Counted from the stretch's first letter, positions 19,956-28,849 are shown. The stretch is 64,000 nucleotides of DNA from Vicinamibacterales bacterium (GCA_025456345.1 JALOKU010000001.1:147758-211757), one strand, 5' to 3'. The notes: generated by a model not told the origin, from the sequence alone. Program-made: numbers and translations.

Positions 19956-20025
19956 GGCTAGGGGCTAGGGGCTGGGCGCTAGGGGCTAGTCTGACTAGCG
20001 CCTAGCGCCTAGACCCTAGTCCCTA
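19956..20025. repeat. imperfect palindrome of GGGGCTAG-type octamers; candidate bidirectional terminator
   Basis: Left arm 19957-19989 (GCTAGGGGCTAGGGGCTGGGCGCTAGGGGCTAG), loop TCTGA, right arm 19995-20025 (CTAGCGCCTAGCGCCTAGACCCTAGTCCCTA). About 27 of 31 positions pair. It fills the whole gap between convergent stops at 19954 and 20023. Confidence 0.65.
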
Positions 20026-21057
20026 CTTCGGCGCACGAAGCGCCACGATGCGCGAGATGAGTGCCGGGTCGTCGGGCAATTGGCCGGCGGCCGGCAGGCG
20101 CGGCACGAGGTCGGCCCAGGCGGGCTCCTTCGCGAACACGCGGCGGAAGATCGGCGCGGCCTCGGCCTCTCGTCCCACCACTACCAGCGTCACGGCCTGC
20201 CAGAACGGCAACTCGAGAATCTCGGGCGCGAGTTCGCCGGCCGCGGTGTATTCCTTCAGCGCCTCGTCGATCTTCTTCTCCGACACCAGTTCGTCGCCGC
20301 GGTTTGCGTGCGCGTAGGCGCGCTGCAGCCGGATGAGGCGCCTCAGCTCGGGGATCGGCTCGGGATGATCCTCGACGCGCAGATCGAACACGCGATCGGC
20401 GCCGGCCCACGGCCGTCGGGACGACTTCGCTCTGACGATGAGCATGGCGGCCGACTGCGTGCCGCGAATGTCGCCGCCCGCCGCCTGAGCGGCCTCGAGC
20501 GCGGCGAGCATGCGCTCGGCGAGATCGCCGCGCGTCTTCTCGAACGCGGCGGCCATCGCCGGCCAGACCTTCGCGTTCGCCATCATGTTGGCCTGCACGG
20601 AGTACTGGGCGCCCACGCGGTGGCCGGCGTCCTTGATGTTGAGCGCGCCGCTGAATGCGTCAACGCGGCCCTGCGCGTCGACCATCGCCACCTGCCGGAC
20701 GTCGCGCTGGGCATCGGCGGCGAGCAGCCGCTTCAGCGCCTCCGGCGCCGCCACGCCCGTGCGCATCAACTCGAGTCCCCTGTAGCCGTACGACGGGTCG
20801 ACGAACGACTGCGTCGCCACGGCGCCGACGCCGGCTTCCGCCCACGTGACAATCGAGCCGACCGAGAACCAGTGGGACTGGACGGCGACGCCCATCTCGC
20901 CGGTCGCGGGATCGCGCGCAACGATGGAGAAGGTGTGCGCCAGCGGCCCCGGCTTGCCGGTGACCGCCACCGGTTGCGCCACCGCGAAGGCGGCATGCAG
21001 CGAGACACCGAATGCCGCGGCTGCGGCGCCGAGCAGCAGCCGCGCCGCGATGCGGAC
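20023..21057 (-). CDS. DUF1028 family (Ntn-hydrolase-like) protein, probably secreted; start codon unresolved
   Basis: TFSIVARDPATGEMGVAVQSHWFSVG is the DUF1028 N-terminal signature, preceded by a signal-like RIAARLLLGAAAAAFGVSLHAAFA. There is no ATG/GTG/TTG between that segment and the tandem repeat. The next in-frame ATGs (21255, 21261, 21291) lie beyond the repeat. Confidence 0.7.
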   Translation of the reverse strand, partial: VRIAARLLLGAAAAAFGVSLHAAFAVAQPVAVTGKPGPLAHTFSIVARDPATGEMGVAVQSHWFSVGSIVTWAEAGVGAVATQSFVDPSYGYRGLELMRTGVAAPEALKRLLAADAQRDVRQVAMVDAQGRVDAFSGALNIKDAGHRVGAQYSVQANMMANAKVWPAMAAAFEKTRGDLAERMLAALEAAQAAGGDIRGTQSAAMLIVRAKSSRRPWAGADRVFDLRVEDHPEPIPELRRLIRLQRAYAHANRGDELVSEKKIDEALKEYTAAGELAPEILELPFWQAVTLVVVGREAEAAPIFRRVFAKEPAWADLVPRLPAAGQLPDDPALISRIVALRAPK

Positions 21058-21107
21058 GTCCGGTCTCCCGCCCCCCGCCTCCCGCCCCTCGCCTCCCTCC
21101 GTGCAGG

Positions 21108-21239
21108 CCCCGAGTCCCGCTTGCCCCGCCGAAGCCGGCCGGCAGGCCGTGTGGCGAAGGCGGGAGTCCCGAGCCCCGCGTGCCCCGCCGAAGCCGGCCG
21201 GCAGGCCGTGTGGCGAAGGCGGGCGTCCCGAATCCCGTG
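21108..21239. repeat. 59-nt GC-rich tandem repeat (2 full copies plus partial)
   Basis: TGCCCCGCCGAAGCCGGCCGGCAGGCCGTGTGGCGAAGGCGGG(A/C)GTCCCGA... occurs at 21122-21180 and 21181-21239 (4 mismatches), with a partial unit upstream. Each unit has CCCGCC...GGCGGG inverted arms. Confidence 0.85.
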
Positions 21240-21289
21240 TGGTTCTGTTGTCCATGCGCATAATATGTCCTACTCCGGGAGGCGCGTCC

Positions 21290-22441
21290 ATGCTGTCGGT
21301 CGACGCTGTCTACACGACCCGCGTGCTGCAGGACCTGGTCCGCATCAACTCCGTCAACCCGATGCTCGACCCGTCCGCGCCCGGCGAGCGGGAGATCGCG
21401 CAGTACGTCGGCGCGGCGATGGAGACCATCGGCGCCGAGGTGCACTACCACGAGCCGAAGCCTGGCAGGGTCAGCGTGGTGGCCCGCCTTCGAGGCTCGC
21501 GTCCCGGCCGCTCGCTCATGTTCAACGCCCACGCGGACACGGTCGATGTCGCCGGGATGGACGCGCCCTTCTCCGGCGAGATCAGGGACGGCCGCGTCTG
21601 CGGCCGCGGCGCCTTTGACATGAAGGGAGGCCTGGCGGCGATGATGGGTGCGGTCAAAGCGCTCGCCGACGCCGGCCGGCCGCACGGCGGAGAGATCCTG
21701 CTGGCGGCCGTCGCCGACGAGGAGTACGCGAGCCTCGGCACTGAGGACCTGCTGCAGCGCTATCGTCCCGACGCGGCGATTGTCACCGAGCCGACCGCCC
21801 TCGACATCTGCCTGGCCCACAAGGGCTTCGCGTGGTTCGAGGTCACGACCAGGGGGCGCGCGGCGCACGGCAGCCGCTTCGACCTGGGCGTCGACGCGAA
21901 CATGCGGATGGGGCGTGTCCTGGCCGGCCTCGATGCGCTTGAACAGGGCCTGCGCGCGCGCCCGCCGCACCGCCTGCTCGGGCCTCCCTCCCTGCACGCG
22001 GCCACCCTCGCCGGCGGCTCCGGCCTCAGCACGTATGCCGCGAGTTGCCGCCTGCAGATCGAGCGGCGCACGATTCCCGGTGAAAGCCGTGCCGCGGTGA
22101 CCGATGAGATCCGGCAGCTCCTCCGGCGGCAGGTCGAGCGCGATCCGTCGTTCGAGGCAGACCTCGAGGTGCTGCTGGTCCGTGAGCCGTTCGAGGTCGC
22201 AGAAGACGCGGCGATTGTCCGCGCCCTGACCGAGGCGTCCACAGCCGTGCTCGGACACCGGCCGGCGTACGTCGGGCAGACGCCGTGGATGGACGCCGCC
22301 CTGCTTGCCGCCGCCGGCGCCGAAACCGTCGTGATGGGCGCGGCCGGGGCCGGCGCGCACGCGAAAGAGGAATGGGTCGACCTGGCGTCGGTGCACCAGC
22401 TCGCGCAGTGCCTCGCCGAGGCGGCCCGGCGGTACTGCTAG
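21290..22441 (+). CDS. M20 family metallopeptidase (ArgE/DapE/acetylornithine deacetylase-like)
   Basis: Start MLSVDAVYTT with GGGAGG SD upstream. HADTV and GRGAFDMKGG motifs. The upstream part of the 531-aa ORF reads through the repeat and is rejected. Confidence 0.85.
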   Translation: MLSVDAVYTTRVLQDLVRINSVNPMLDPSAPGEREIAQYVGAAMETIGAEVHYHEPKPGRVSVVARLRGSRPGRSLMFNAHADTVDVAGMDAPFSGEIRDGRVCGRGAFDMKGGLAAMMGAVKALADAGRPHGGEILLAAVADEEYASLGTEDLLQRYRPDAAIVTEPTALDICLAHKGFAWFEVTTRGRAAHGSRFDLGVDANMRMGRVLAGLDALEQGLRARPPHRLLGPPSLHAATLAGGSGLSTYAASCRLQIERRTIPGESRAAVTDEIRQLLRRQVERDPSFEADLEVLLVREPFEVAEDAAIVRALTEASTAVLGHRPAYVGQTPWMDAALLAAAGAETVVMGAAGAGAHAKEEWVDLASVHQLAQCLAEAARRYC

Positions 22442-23274
22442 TCGGAGCCGAGGTCGGGCCAACCCAGCCGGCGCCGGCACGCGTAGAGCGCGATGGCTGC
22501 GGCCGTCGCGACATTCAGGGAGTCGACGCCGGGACGTATGGCAATCCGCACGCGCTCATCGGCCACGCCCATCGCGCTCTCGGAGAGCCCATCACCCTCG
22601 TGTCCCAGCAGCAGCGCGACCGTCGTCCCCGGCGCGATCCCCGGGAGGACGGCGTCGAGATCGCGCGCCGGCGGCTGCGGCGTCAGCGCGAGCACGCGGG
22701 CGCCCGCGTCCCGCAAACGTCGGAGGCTGTCCGGCCAGCGGTCGTCGACCGCGTAGGGGATCCGGAGCGCCGCGCCAGTCGACACCCGGATCGACTTCCG
22801 ATACAGAGGGTCGCAACACCCCGGGCTGAGGAGGACGCCGCCGGCGCCGAACGCCAACGCGTTGCGGAAGACGGCCCCCAGGTTGTCGGCGTTGCCGACG
22901 CGCTCCACGGCCAACACGAGCCTCGACCCTGCGGCTTCCTGCCACCATGACGCGACGCTGGTGGCCTTCGGCCGCACGCCAATCGCCAGGCAGCCCCGGT
23001 GGAGGTTGAACCCGAGGAGCGCCGTCAGCCGCTCGACGGCCATGACATAGACGGGCAGCGCCCCGTGCGTGCCGAGCGCGTCCTGCAGGCCGTCAAGAGC
23101 CGCCGGCGAGACGAGCACGCTCCGCGCCTCGAACCGATCCGACGCCAGGAGGCACCGCACCACGTGCCGGCCCTCGGCCACGAACAGGCCGTGGGCGAGC
23201 AGCAGCTCCGGGTCGGGGATATTGCGGTACTCGGCCACGCGTGGGTCGTCGAGATCGTCGATGGGGTAGAACAT
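22438..23274 (-). CDS. TrmH/SpoU family RNA 2'-O-methyltransferase
   Basis: SpoU motifs LLLGHEGDGLS and IRIAIRPGVDSLNVATAAAIALY. N-terminal substrate-binding domain. Confidence 0.85.
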   Translation of the reverse strand: MFYPIDDLDDPRVAEYRNIPDPELLLAHGLFVAEGRHVVRCLLASDRFEARSVLVSPAALDGLQDALGTHGALPVYVMAVERLTALLGFNLHRGCLAIGVRPKATSVASWWQEAAGSRLVLAVERVGNADNLGAVFRNALAFGAGGVLLSPGCCDPLYRKSIRVSTGAALRIPYAVDDRWPDSLRRLRDAGARVLALTPQPPARDLDAVLPGIAPGTTVALLLGHEGDGLSESAMGVADERVRIAIRPGVDSLNVATAAAIALYACRRRLGWPDLGSD

Positions 23275-23387
23275 CGCGGTTCGCGGTCCACCTTACCACA
23301 CCGCTCATGCGACCCGGGGGTGTTGCGCGGCGCGGATTGCACCCCGATCCGGATATGATGTTGGATTGTGCGGGCCGTGCGTCCCGC

Positions 23388-23420
23388 ACCCCTAGCGCCT
23401 AGCCCCTAGGCCCCAGCGCC
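23388..23420. repeat. GGGGCTAG-type octamer element, reverse orientation
   Basis: ACCCCTAGCGCCTAGCCCCTAGGCCCCAGCGCC is the reverse complement of GGCGCTGGGGCCTAGGGGCTAGGCGCTAGGGGT. Preceded by the hairpin GTGCGGG-N8-CCCGCAC (23369-23390). Confidence 0.6.
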
Positions 23421-23439
23421 GAGTTGTGGAGGTCCGCCC

Positions 23440-24771
23440 GTGCATCATCCCGAGAAAGTCGCCATCCTCGTGAGCGGCGGTCCCGCTCCCGGCATCAACA
23501 GCGTCATCAGCGCCGCCGCCATCCGCTGCGCCCTCGAGGGCGTCAAGGTCATCGGCATTCTCGACGGCTTCGAGTGGCTCATGCAGGGCGACATCGAACA
23601 CACCGTGCCGCTCACCATCGACGAAGTGAGCCGCATTCACTTCCGGGGCGGATCGCACATCGGGACGTCGCGCGCCAACCCGACCCGGGACCCGGCGCAC
23701 CTCGAGAACACGGTGCTCTCGCTCCTGCGCCTGGACGTGTCGATGCTCATCACAATCGGCGGCGACGACACGGCGTTTTCCGCGATGCGGCTGGAGGAGA
23801 GGGCGGCGGGGCGGATCCGCGTGGTCCACGTGCCCAAGACCATCGACAACGACCTCGGCCTGCCGCCGTTTGTCGACACGTTCGGCTACCAGACGGCCAG
23901 GCACCACGGCGTCGAGATCGTCAAGAACCTGATGGTGGATTCGACGACCACCTCGCGGTGGTATTTCGTCATCGCCATGGGGCGCAAGGCGGGCCACCTC
24001 GCCCTCGGCATCGGCAAGTCCGCCGGCGCCACGCTCACGCTCATCCCCGAGGAGTTCGGCGGCGGATCGATCCGCCTCAAGACGGTCGTCGACACGCTCG
24101 CCGGGGCGATCATCAAGCGCCTCAGCTACGGCCGCCGGCAGGGCGTGGCGGTGATTGCCGAAGGCCTCGTGCTCGACCTGGATCCCGCGGACCTGATCGC
24201 GATCGAGGACGTGGAGCGTGACGCCCACGGCAACCTGCGGATCGCGGAGGTCAACATCGGCGAGATCCTGAAGCAGCAGGTCAACAACCGCCTCAAGGAG
24301 TTCGGCCTCAAGACCACGATCGTCGAGAAGAACATCGGGTACGAGCTGCGATGCGCCGACCCGATTCCGCTCGACATGGAATACACGCGAGACCTCGGCT
24401 ACGCGGCGGCCAAGTTCATCCTCTCGGGCGGCAACGCGGCCATGGTGTCCATGCAGGCGGGCGAGTTCGTGCCGATCCCGTTCACCCAGTTGCTCGATCC
24501 GGTGACCGGACGCGCCATGATCCGGCTCGTGAACATCCACTCGGAGCGCTATGCCATCGCGCGCAGCTACATGATCCGGCTGAAGCGCGAGGACTTCCAG
24601 GATCCCCACGAGACCGCGAAGCTCGCGGCCACGTGCGGCGTCTCCATCGAGCGCTTCCGGGAGGAGTTCGAGTACCTGATGGCCCAGGAGCCGCCGCGCC
24701 TCAAGCTGGACGCCGGCAAGGGCGGCTTCATCGAAGACGAGGCCATGGGCGAGAGCGCCGTCCGGATGTAG
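23440..24771 (+). CDS. pfk: 6-phosphofructokinase, probably pyrophosphate-dependent
   Basis: GTG start 8 nt after GGAGG. GGPAPGIN, ITIGGDDT (GGDD rather than the GGDG of ATP-PFKs), PKTIDNDL and MGR motifs. Confidence 0.88.
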   Translation: MHHPEKVAILVSGGPAPGINSVISAAAIRCALEGVKVIGILDGFEWLMQGDIEHTVPLTIDEVSRIHFRGGSHIGTSRANPTRDPAHLENTVLSLLRLDVSMLITIGGDDTAFSAMRLEERAAGRIRVVHVPKTIDNDLGLPPFVDTFGYQTARHHGVEIVKNLMVDSTTTSRWYFVIAMGRKAGHLALGIGKSAGATLTLIPEEFGGGSIRLKTVVDTLAGAIIKRLSYGRRQGVAVIAEGLVLDLDPADLIAIEDVERDAHGNLRIAEVNIGEILKQQVNNRLKEFGLKTTIVEKNIGYELRCADPIPLDMEYTRDLGYAAAKFILSGGNAAMVSMQAGEFVPIPFTQLLDPVTGRAMIRLVNIHSERYAIARSYMIRLKREDFQDPHETAKLAATCGVSIERFREEFEYLMAQEPPRLKLDAGKGGFIEDEAMGESAVRM

Positions 24772-24772
24772 C

Positions 24773-26446
24773 TCAGGCGCCGATTACCGCCGCCACCCGC
24801 GCCAGTACCGCGTCGCAGAGGCGCCGCGCGTCGGCCTCGAGCGCGGCGGCCGCCTCGGCTGCGCTCGCCTTGAAGGCCTCATCGGCAATGCCGGCGAGGT
24901 TGATGCGCACGTTCAGCGCGGCGCCTTCGGCGCCGGCACGGGAGGCAAGGGCCGCCACGCCGGCATCCGACGCGGAACTCCGGTTGCCCTTCCTTGCGGC
25001 GAGGTCCGCCAGGTCGATCGCCTCGAGGCACAGGCGGGCGGTCTGAAGGGGCACGTCCGCCGCCGCCTTGTTTGCCGCTTCGATGGCCCGGCTGCGTTCC
25101 GCCTGCTGTTCCGGCGTGCCTTTCGGCAGGCGCATGGCCTCCATCACGCGGTTGAACGCGTCGGTGTCCTCGTCGACGGCGCGGGCCAGCCGGTCCTTCA
25201 GCGCCTGCCCGCGCTCGGCCATCGCGGCCAGGTCCGCCCACGCCCCTTCATAGCCCTTCTTGCCCACCGTCAGGTTCGCCACCATGGTCGCCAGCGCCGC
25301 GCCGAGGCTGCCCATCAGCGCGGCCACGGAGCCGCCGCCGGGCGCCGGTGATTCGGTGGACACCTCATCGACGAAGCGCGCGGCCGCCATCGACATCAGC
25401 GGCGCCGCAGGGGCGAAGTGAGACTCGATGATCTTCTTCGCCGGATCGAACGGGGCCACCTGGTCCAGGCCCATCGAACGGACCGCGATCTCCACCAGCT
25501 CCCGTTCCGGCACGCCCGCGGACTTTCCCTGCTTGCGCAGGAAGTACCGCCCGGCCTCCAGCATCGGCGAAAGGGGCGTCAGCCCCACCAGTTCGGAGCC
25601 CGTGACGATGAGCCCGAGCTTCTCGGCTTCCTCGCGGGCGGTTTCGAAGACGACGTGCAGCGGGGAGGCGTGGTAGTCGAGGAGGTTGATCGACACCTGC
25701 GCCTGCCGGTACTGCTCGATGTACCAGCCGATGGCGCGCACCGCCTTCAGGCGGCCCGGCACCTTGAGGGAGGTGCCGCCGGCGTCGCGGAGAATCTCGC
25801 CCCCCGCGTCGCGCTTGGCACGCCCGCCCTCGCGGATATTGAGGGCGATTTCATTGGCCAGTCGCCGATCGCGGGTGTTCAGGTTGACGTTGTACGCGAG
25901 CAGGAACTCGCGGGCGCCGACGACGGTGCCGCCCGAGCGCGCGTTGAAGCGGGCCGGCCCGGCGTCAGGCGCCCAGGCGGGTGTGGCGAGCTTCTCGGCC
26001 AGGCCTTCGTACTCGCCGGCGCGGATGGCGGCGAGGCTGCGGCGCTCTTCTGACGCCGCCGCGTGCTCGTAGAAGTAGACGGGAATCTGCAACTCCGCAC
26101 CGATGCGCCGGCCCACCGTTTTCGCCAGCTCCGCGCACTCGGCCATCGTGATGTCCGCCACCGGAATGAAGGGGCACACGTCGAGGGCGCCCATGCGCGG
26201 GTGCGCGCCCTTGTGCACCGTCATGTCGATGAGCTCGGCCGCCTTCATCGCGCCCCGGAACGCGGCTTCTGCCACGCCCTCCGGAGGGCCGACCAGCGTG
26301 TACACCGTCCGGTTCGTGTCGGCGCCGGGGTCGACATCGAGCAGTTTCACCCCGGAGACGCTCCCGAGGGCCTGCGCGATCGCGTCGATGACGCCGCGGT
26401 CGCGTCCCTCGGAGAAGTTCGGTACGCACTCGACGAGTCGGGCCAT
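24773..26446 (-). CDS. ftcD: bifunctional glutamate formimidoyltransferase / formimidoyltetrahydrofolate cyclodeaminase
   Basis: Start MARLVECVPNFSEGRD (formiminotransferase signature). C-terminal ~200 aa with GGGSVAALMGSLGAALATMVANLT (cyclodeaminase domain). Confidence 0.85.
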   Translation of the reverse strand: MARLVECVPNFSEGRDRGVIDAIAQALGSVSGVKLLDVDPGADTNRTVYTLVGPPEGVAEAAFRGAMKAAELIDMTVHKGAHPRMGALDVCPFIPVADITMAECAELAKTVGRRIGAELQIPVYFYEHAAASEERRSLAAIRAGEYEGLAEKLATPAWAPDAGPARFNARSGGTVVGAREFLLAYNVNLNTRDRRLANEIALNIREGGRAKRDAGGEILRDAGGTSLKVPGRLKAVRAIGWYIEQYRQAQVSINLLDYHASPLHVVFETAREEAEKLGLIVTGSELVGLTPLSPMLEAGRYFLRKQGKSAGVPERELVEIAVRSMGLDQVAPFDPAKKIIESHFAPAAPLMSMAAARFVDEVSTESPAPGGGSVAALMGSLGAALATMVANLTVGKKGYEGAWADLAAMAERGQALKDRLARAVDEDTDAFNRVMEAMRLPKGTPEQQAERSRAIEAANKAAADVPLQTARLCLEAIDLADLAARKGNRSSASDAGVAALASRAGAEGAALNVRINLAGIADEAFKASAAEAAAALEADARRLCDAVLARVAAVIGA

Positions 26447-26526
26447 GCAAACAGCCTTTCGTATGCGCCGGCAAACGGCAATGCCCGCCAAGCGTACGTC
26501 TGCGGCACGCGTTCGGGCAAGGGGCA

Positions 26527-26547
26527 TGGGGGATAGGGGATAGGGGA
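26527..26547. repeat. GGGGATAG octamer run (variant of the CTAG element)
   Basis: GGGGGATAGGGGATAGGGGAC lies in the divergent region between ftcD (-) and the DUF454 gene (+). Confidence 0.45.
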
Positions 26548-26572
26548 CGAAGGCGGGGCGTCCTCGCGTATC

Positions 26573-27040
26573 ATGGATCCCATGCCCGACAGTCCCCAGC
26601 CCGGTCCCGTGCGTTCGCCGGGCCGGTCGCTCCGCCGCTGGCTGCTCGCCGCCGCGGGCGTGCTGGCCGTCGTGCTGGGCGGCATTGGCGTGTTCGTCCC
26701 CGGGCTGCCCACGACGATCTTTCTCATCGTGGCCTCCTACTGCTTCGCGCGGAGCTGTCCGTGGCTCGAGGAGCGCCTGCTGCGCGTCCCCTTGTTCGCG
26801 CCCTACATGAGGTTCATCGACGAGCGCCGCCCGATGTCCACCCGGGCCCGCGTGGTGTCCATCGCGGCGACGTGGATTTCGGTCCTGCTGAGCCTCGCGT
26901 GGTTGCGCGCGTCAGGCCGCTTGTCGACGGCGCTTGCCGTCACCATCATCGGCGTGGCCGGGATCGGCACGGTCGCGGTGCTCCGCTTCCGCCGCGCGCC
27001 GCGGGCCGGGGCCGTCGCCCGGGAGTCCTGTTCGTCCTGA
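26573..27040 (+). CDS. DUF454 (YbaN) family inner membrane protein
   Basis: GVFVPGLPTTIFLIVASYCFARSCPWLEERL matches the YbaN/DUF454 core. Confidence 0.75.
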   Translation: MDPMPDSPQPGPVRSPGRSLRRWLLAAAGVLAVVLGGIGVFVPGLPTTIFLIVASYCFARSCPWLEERLLRVPLFAPYMRFIDERRPMSTRARVVSIAATWISVLLSLAWLRASGRLSTALAVTIIGVAGIGTVAVLRFRRAPRAGAVARESCSS

Positions 27041-27067
27041 CGCCGGCCGGGACTACAATGCCCGGTC

Positions 27068-28849
27068 ATGAAGAGAGTCCTCCTCCCGGTGCTTCTGGTT
27101 GTGGCGGCCACGCTCGTGCCGTCGGCGCAGTCGAACAAGGCCGCGAGGGCCCCCGGGCCGCAGCCGCCCTTCACCGTTGTCGAAGCGAACATCGCGGACA
27201 TGCGCGCGGCGCTGGAGCAGCGGCGCGTGACGTCGCGTGAACTGGTCCAGCAGTACCTGCTCCGGATTGCGACGTACGAAGAACGGCTGAATGCCGTGAT
27301 GGCCGTGAATCCACGGGCGCTCGAGGAGGCCGAGGCCCTCGACCGCGAGCGCGCGCAGGGCAAGGTGCGCGGTCCGCTCCACGGCATTCCCATCGCGCTC
27401 AAGGACAACATCCACACCACGAACATGCCCACAACCGGCGGCGCCCTCGCGTTCGAGGGGCTCATCCCGCCCTACGAAGCGACGCTGACGAAGAACCTGC
27501 GCGACGCCGGCGCGATCATCATCGCCAAGACGGTGATGACGGAGCTGGCGAACTGGGTCGCGAGCGGCATGCCGGGCAACTACAGCGCGCTGGGCGGCTA
27601 CGGGATGAACCCGTACGACCCGCGGCGCGATCCGCGTGAGGCCACCGGCGACGGACGGCCCGTCATGGGGACCGGCGGATCGAGTTCGGGCATCGGCACG
27701 GCGGCGAGCTTCTGGGCCGCCAACGTTGGCACCGAAACCTCGGGGTCGATCCTCAGCCCCGCGAGCGCGAACATGCTGGTCGGCATCAAGCCCACCGTCG
27801 GCCGCATCAGCCGCTACGGCGTCATTCCGATCACGGCCGATCAGGACACGCCGGGGCCGATGGCGCGCAGCGTGGCGGATGCCGCCGCCCTGCTGGGCGT
27901 GCTGGAAAGCGCCGTACCGGATCCGAACGACGCGGCCACCAGGACCTGCGCGCCGCCGCCGGGACGCGACTATACGAAGTTCCTGAACCCGGCCGGCCTC
28001 AAGGGCGCGCGCATCGGGATCCCGCGGGCGTCCTTCTACGACCGCACGACGCCGCCGGGGGCGAGCCAGCCCCGGGGAGGCTTGAACCCGGCCCAGGCGA
28101 AGATGATGGCGGAGGTCATCGAGCTCCTCAAGCAGCAGGGCGCCGTCATCGTCGACCCGGCGGACATTCCGAGCGTCGTGGCCACGGAAGCCTCGAAGAA
28201 CTTCCTTCTCTGGTCCACGTGCGGCGGCCTCGACAACGCGAAGGGGAAGGATGCCAACTGCTCGGTCGTGTTCAAGTACGGCATGAAGCGCGACTTCAAC
28301 GCCTGGCTGGAGTCGCTCGGCGCGGCGGCGCCCGTGAAGACGCTCACCGAGTTGCGTCTGTGGAACGTGGCGCACCAGCGCGCCGGGGCCATCAAGTACG
28401 GCCAGGCGCTGCTGGATATCTCGGACGAGATGAGCGTCGGCGCCGACCGGGCGCGGTACCAGGCCGACCGCGAGAAGGACATCCGGCTGAGCGCCACCGA
28501 GGGCATCGACGCCGCGATGAAGGCGAACGAGCTCGACGCGCTGCTCTTCCCCGGAACGTCGAGCGCCTCGATTGCCGCGAAGCCTGGCTATCCGACCGTC
28601 TTCGTGCCGTATGGGTTCGCGGAGCCTGGCAGCGGGCGCGGGACCGGGGCCGGCCCTGCGGGCGCGTCCGCCTCGCCGGCGGCCGGCGCGGGCGGGCGAG
28701 GCGAGTCGGCCTACCCGGAGGGATTCAATCCGAAGCCGTCGCCAATCGGCGTGAGCTTCACCGGGATGGCGTGCGGCGAGCCGAAGCTCATCGAGATTGC
28801 GTACGCGTTCGAGCAAGCCACCAGGAAACGCGTGCCCCCCAAGCTATAG
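27068..28849 (+). CDS. amidase (amidase-signature family), secreted
   Basis: Signal peptide. [10 protein letters not shown] and [12 protein letters not shown] amidase-signature motifs. Gly/Ala-rich insert near the C-terminus. Confidence 0.85.
   Translation: MKRVLLPVLLVVAATLVPSAQSNKAARAPGPQPPFTVVEANIADMRAALEQRRVTSRELVQQYLLRIATYEERLNAVMAVNPRALEEAEALDRERAQGKVRGPLHGIPIALKDNIHTTNMPTTGGALAFEGLIPPYEATLTKNLRDAGAIIIAKTVMTELANWVASGMPGNYSALGGYGMNPYDPRRDPREATGDGRPVMGTGGSSSGIGTAASFWAANVGTETSGSILSPASANMLVGIKPTVGRISRYGVIPITADQDTPGPMARSVADAAALLGVLESAVPDPNDAATRTCAPPPGRDYTKFLNPAGLKGARIGIPRASFYDRTTPPGASQPRGGLNPAQAKMMAEVIELLKQQGAVIVDPADIPSVVATEASKNFLLWSTCGGLDNAKGKDANCSVVFKYGMKRDFNAWLESLGAAAPVKTLTELRLWNVAHQRAGAIKYGQALLDISDEMSVGADRARYQADREKDIRLSATEGIDAAMKANELDALLFPGTSSASIAAKPGYPTVFVPYGFAEPGSGRGTGAGPAGASASPAAGAGGRGESAYPEGFNPKPSPIGVSFTGMACGEPKLIEIAYAFEQATRKRVPPKL

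Noticed and set aside
21108-21239. Possible CRISPR array (also considered for 43559-43686).
   Set aside because: The units are directly abutting with no unique spacers. There are only ~2.3 copies and no cas genes in the window.
20846-21289. N-terminal 148 codons of the 531-aa ORF containing the M20 peptidase.
   Set aside because: It is antisense to the DUF1028 coding region and reads through the 59-nt repeat. The peptidase family begins at MLSVDAVYT (21290), which has its own SD.
28844-28849. 6-nt convergent overlap of the amidase and kbl stop regions as a regulatory feature.
   Set aside because: Short 3' overlaps of convergent genes are common in compact high-GC genomes. No associated structure was seen.
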